In this document: positions 3,679-6,223 of the stretch, piece by piece
Layout: the number at the start of each line of letters is the position of its first letter
How positions within the stretch are numbered: the stretch's first letter is position 1
Virus record (IMG/VR): IMGVR_UViG_3300045988_008367
Span: 1 to 6,223 of that record
DNA length: 6,223 bases
DNA from: a virus
Reading direction: 5' to 3' (one strand)
The notes under the pieces: model-generated
Database searches by the model: none
What the model was told of the DNA's origin: nothing
Seen by the model: only the letters and a program-made list of their open reading frames with translations
Translations under genes and position numbers: made by a program

Positions 3679-5378
3679 TTACCAAGGAATTGCAGAATAA
3701 GCTGGTGACTCGTTGTCAGCATCCTCGTACGGTTGTTAACAAGTATACACATGAGCCTGTTCTTGTGTCTTGTGGCTCTTGTCCTTCTTGTATCCTTCGT
3801 CGTTCCGGGATTCAAACAAACTTGCTTACTACTTATTCTGCTCAATTTCGTTATGTTTATTTTGTTACTCTTACTTATGCTCCTTGTTTCCTTCCTACTT
3901 TGGAGGTTTCGATTATTGAAACTTGTACGGACGATATTGCGGATGTGCCCTGCGTTCCCGATATTGATGACCTGGATGCTGGTGACCCTAACACTTATTT
4001 GTTTGGTTTTCGCAGCGTTCCTCGTTCCGCTTCTGTTAAGTTGAAGAATTCTACCGTCGAACGCACTTTTAAAGACCCTGAAGTTCGGTTTACTTATGGC
4101 ATGAAGCCTAAGGAGCTTTTGTCTATTCTTGGAAAGGTTAAGCATAATGTTCCCAATAGGATTCCTTATGTTTGTAATCGTGACCTTGATTTGTTTTTGA
4201 AACGTTTAAGAAGTTATTACCCGGATGAAAAATTACGTTACTACGCTGTATCAGAATACGGCCCTACCAGTTTCCGCCCGCATTGGCATTTGTTATTGTT
4301 TTCCAATTCCGAACGATTCTCGCAGACTGTTCTTGAAAATGTATCTAAGGCTTGGTCTTACGGACGTTGTGATGCATCACTCTCGAGAGGATTCGCAGCT
4401 CCGTATGTTGCGTCGTATGTTAATAGTTTTGTCGCTTTACCCGACTTTTATACTCAGATGCCAAAAGTGGTGCGACCTAAATCCTTCCATTCCATTGGAT
4501 TTACAGAATCAAATCTCTTTCCTCGAAAGGTACGAATTGCCGAAATTGATGAGGTTACCGATAAGTGCCTTGATGGAGTCCGCGTTGAGCGCGATGGATA
4601 TTTTCGCACAATTAAACCTTCTTGGCCGTATCTCCTTCGATTATTCCCCCGATTTTCGGACTCTATTCGTAAACTTCCATCGAGTGTTTACCAATTATTA
4701 TATGCTGCGTTCACTGCGCCCCAACGAGTCATTCACAGCGGATGTGCAGATTTAACTTGTGACCCTTTTAACGAGAATACTCCATTTAAACAAAGTATTT
4801 TGTCTTTTTGTAAACAGTATTTAAATTATGTAGATAATTATGGAAAAAGAAATGACGAGCGAAATATTCTTGCACCTCAAGCACGTTTACCGCATAGTGA
4901 TATTCTCATTCTTTCTGAATGTCGTTTGTACGATGGTGTTGATTTGGAAGCTTCTCATCGTCTCTCCCGCGTATACCGTTTTTTCCTCGGAATTGCGAAA
5001 TTTATTCGAACATATTCAACAGACGGATGTTCAGAGCTTTTCTGGTCCAGCGGCACTCCTGGAGGAGAACTCTTTGGCCGGGAAAAGTTCTTGCGCATCA
5101 TCTCCGGGAAAATAGTTGATTTTTGGAATCGTTATGATTACAACCGTCTTGTAGATTTCTATCAAACCTTGGAAGATTCCAATGACAAGGATTTGGTAGA
5201 CTTTGAGCTTCGTAACTATTCCTTCCGTTATGATAGAACTTCTCGTGATAAGGTGAAACCTTACCATGAATTACCTCTTGTTCGTCGTTTGGCTGCTGCT
5301 TCATTGATGAAATGTCGGGATAAGGTCAAACACAAGAAGGCTAATGATTTGTTTGGTATTTTTTCTTATCATGACTGA
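3675..5378 (+). CDS. VP4: Rolling-circle replication initiator, HUH superfamily (VP4 / phiX gpA-like), 567 aa.
   Basis: N-terminal Cys cluster CGSCPSC. Motif 1 FVTLTY (nt 3861-3878). HUH-type motif RPHWHLLLF (HWH at 4281-4289). Double-tyrosine motif YVASYVN (Tyr codons 4404-4406 and 4416-4418), compare phiX174 gpA YVAKYV. Confidence 0.93.
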   Translation: MITKELQNKLVTRCQHPRTVVNKYTHEPVLVSCGSCPSCILRRSGIQTNLLTTYSAQFRYVYFVTLTYAPCFLPTLEVSIIETCTDDIADVPCVPDIDDLDAGDPNTYLFGFRSVPRSASVKLKNSTVERTFKDPEVRFTYGMKPKELLSILGKVKHNVPNRIPYVCNRDLDLFLKRLRSYYPDEKLRYYAVSEYGPTSFRPHWHLLLFSNSERFSQTVLENVSKAWSYGRCDASLSRGFAAPYVASYVNSFVALPDFYTQMPKVVRPKSFHSIGFTESNLFPRKVRIAEIDEVTDKCLDGVRVERDGYFRTIKPSWPYLLRLFPRFSDSIRKLPSSVYQLLYAAFTAPQRVIHSGCADLTCDPFNENTPFKQSILSFCKQYLNYVDNYGKRNDERNILAPQARLPHSDILILSECRLYDGVDLEASHRLSRVYRFFLGIAKFIRTYSTDGCSELFWSSGTPGGELFGREKFLRIISGKIVDFWNRYDYNRLVDFYQTLEDSNDKDLVDFELRNYSFRYDRTSRDKVKPYHELPLVRRLAAASLMKCRDKVKHKKANDLFGIFSYHD

Positions 5379-5404
5379 TAATGTTTAATTTTAAATGTTT
5401 TTTT

Positions 5405-6223
5405 ATGGCTTCTTACACTGGAATGTCCAATCTTCAGAATCATCCTCACCGTTCTGGATTTGATATTGGACGTAAAAATGCGTTTACCGCGAAAGTTGGT
5501 GAGCTTCTTCCCGTTTATTGGGATATTTCTATGCCTGGTGATAAGTATAAGTTCAATGTTGAGTATTTCACCCGTACTCAGCCCGTTGAAACTTCTGCTT
5601 ATACTCGGTTGCGTGAATATTTTGATTTTTATGCTGTACCGTTGCGTCTTCTTTGGAAGTCCGCACCTTCCGTGTTGACACAAATGCAGGATATTAATCA
5701 GATTCAAGCTTTGTCTTTGACTCAGAATTTGTCGCTTGGTACTTATTTGCCTTCTTTGAAACTTTCTGTTTTTAATAGTGTCTTTTATAGGCTCAATGGT
5801 AATGTTGATAATCCTGGTTCTGATGAAGGATTTAAAAATATGTTCGGTTTTTATCGTGCTGATTTATCTTGGAAGCTTTTATCTTACCTTGGATACGGAA
5901 ACATGATTTATTCTTCTCCTTCTTCCGGAAACCGTTGGTGGTCTACTTCTTTAAAAAATACTGGTGCTTCGTCACCTTATACCCAGTTGTATATACAGAA
6001 CAATTATGTAAACGTTTTCCCTCTTCTTGCTTATCAGAAGATTTATCAGGATTTTTTCCGCTGGTCTCAATGGGAAAAAGCTAATCCTTCTTCTTATAAT
6101 GTTGACTATTTTACTGGTGTTTCTCCTGACCTTATTTCCGTTCTTCCTCTTATCAGTTCTGATTACTGGAAATCTGATACAATGTTTGACCTCAAATATT
6201 GTAACTGGAACAAGGATATGTTG
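5405..6223 (+). CDS. VP1: Major capsid protein VP1, N-terminal part. Runs off the window end and continues at base 2. Not in the ORF track because it has no in-window stop.
   Basis: My translation from ATG 5405 is stop-free to 6223: MASYTGMSNLQNHPHRSGFDIGRKNAFTAKVGELLPVYWDISMPGDKY...EYFDFYAVPLRLLW...PLLAYQKIYQDFFRW. These match the conserved microvirus capsid blocks: R-S-x-F-D...G-x-L-P...PGD, the FxVPxRxxW block, and the P-L-x-A-Y block. An in-frame upstream ATG at 5381 is a less likely alternative start. Confidence 0.92.
   Translation, partial: MASYTGMSNLQNHPHRSGFDIGRKNAFTAKVGELLPVYWDISMPGDKYKFNVEYFTRTQPVETSAYTRLREYFDFYAVPLRLLWKSAPSVLTQMQDINQIQALSLTQNLSLGTYLPSLKLSVFNSVFYRLNGNVDNPGSDEGFKNMFGFYRADLSWKLLSYLGYGNMIYSSPSSGNRWWSTSLKNTGASSPYTQLYIQNNYVNVFPLLAYQKIYQDFFRWSQWEKANPSSYNVDYFTGVSPDLISVLPLISSDYWKSDTMFDLKYCNWNKDML
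6169..6223. repeat. Terminal redundancy, right copy. Identical to 1-55.
   Basis: See feature 1-55. Confidence 0.95.

Noticed and set aside
5381-5404. Upstream in-frame ATG (5381) as the VP1 start, adding MFNFKCFF.
   Set aside because: The extension is a short hydrophobic T-rich stretch in the 26-nt intergenic leader. ATG 5405 gives an N-terminus that leads directly into the conserved capsid motifs. Noted as an unresolved alternative.
1084-5707. Minus-strand ORFs from the track: 1084-1602, 1599-1874, 2010-2597, 3645-4145, 5031-5267, 5098-5304 and 5369-5707.
   Set aside because: All lie antisense to well-supported + strand genes. Their translations are low-complexity (Leu/Ser/Ile/Arg/Asn-rich), as expected from reverse-complementing NNT-biased codons. 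Known Microviridae express only one strand. No motif is recognisable.
486-6084. Same-strand overlapping ORFs inside known genes: 486-713, 744-935, 1307-1510, 1849-2082, 3733-4044, 4840-5115, 5460-5678 and 5869-6084.
   Set aside because: These eight, together with 4225-4755, make nine such ORFs, and eight of the nine lie in the +1 frame of the host gene. With T dominating third positions, TAA/TAG/TGA are depleted in that frame, so open stretches arise passively. The products are Leu/Phe/Val-rich strings typical of frame-shifted T-rich sequence. Only 4225-4755 is kept as a finding, because it lies where the T3 bias is weakest.

Overview
The window holds one complete circular genome of a Microviridae (phiX174-family ssDNA) phage, linearised inside its capsid gene. 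Bases 1-55 are identical to 6169-6223, so the unit length is 6168 nt. All supportable genes lie on the + strand, which is T-rich with a strong NNT codon bias. In circular order they are: a 57-aa orphan ORF, a 29-aa signal-peptide-like mini-ORF, a 102-aa M15-family zinc peptidase (putative endolysin), the rolling-circle Rep (VP4, 567 aa), the major capsid protein (VP1, 616 aa, spanning the window junction), a 160-aa acidic protein, and the VP2 pilot/minor capsid protein (353 aa). Genes are tightly packed, with TAATG and ATGA overlaps. Almost all non-coding DNA sits in one 468-nt block (2646-3113). This block holds a terminator-like hairpin, a roughly 300-nt GC-enriched island rich in hairpins and palindromes, and an AT-rich leader with one Bacteroidetes-type promoter match. 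No start codon has a Shine-Dalgarno sequence. Together with the large capsid gene, this suggests a Bacteroidetes-associated (Alpavirinae-like) microvirus, which is an inference. Four things merit follow-up. (1) The M15 peptidase is preceded by a Sec-signal-like mini-ORF in the same frame, separated only by TAA plus one codon. (2) The structured non-coding island carries GNA-type DNA mini-hairpins and may be an ssDNA origin. (3) The codon bias collapses in the middle of rep, coinciding with a 176-codon +1-frame ORF. (4) The ORF track misses or mis-frames several features: the N-terminal part of the capsid gene, the 57-aa ORF and the 29-aa ORF. No tRNA, rRNA, CRISPR array, integrase or transposase is visible.
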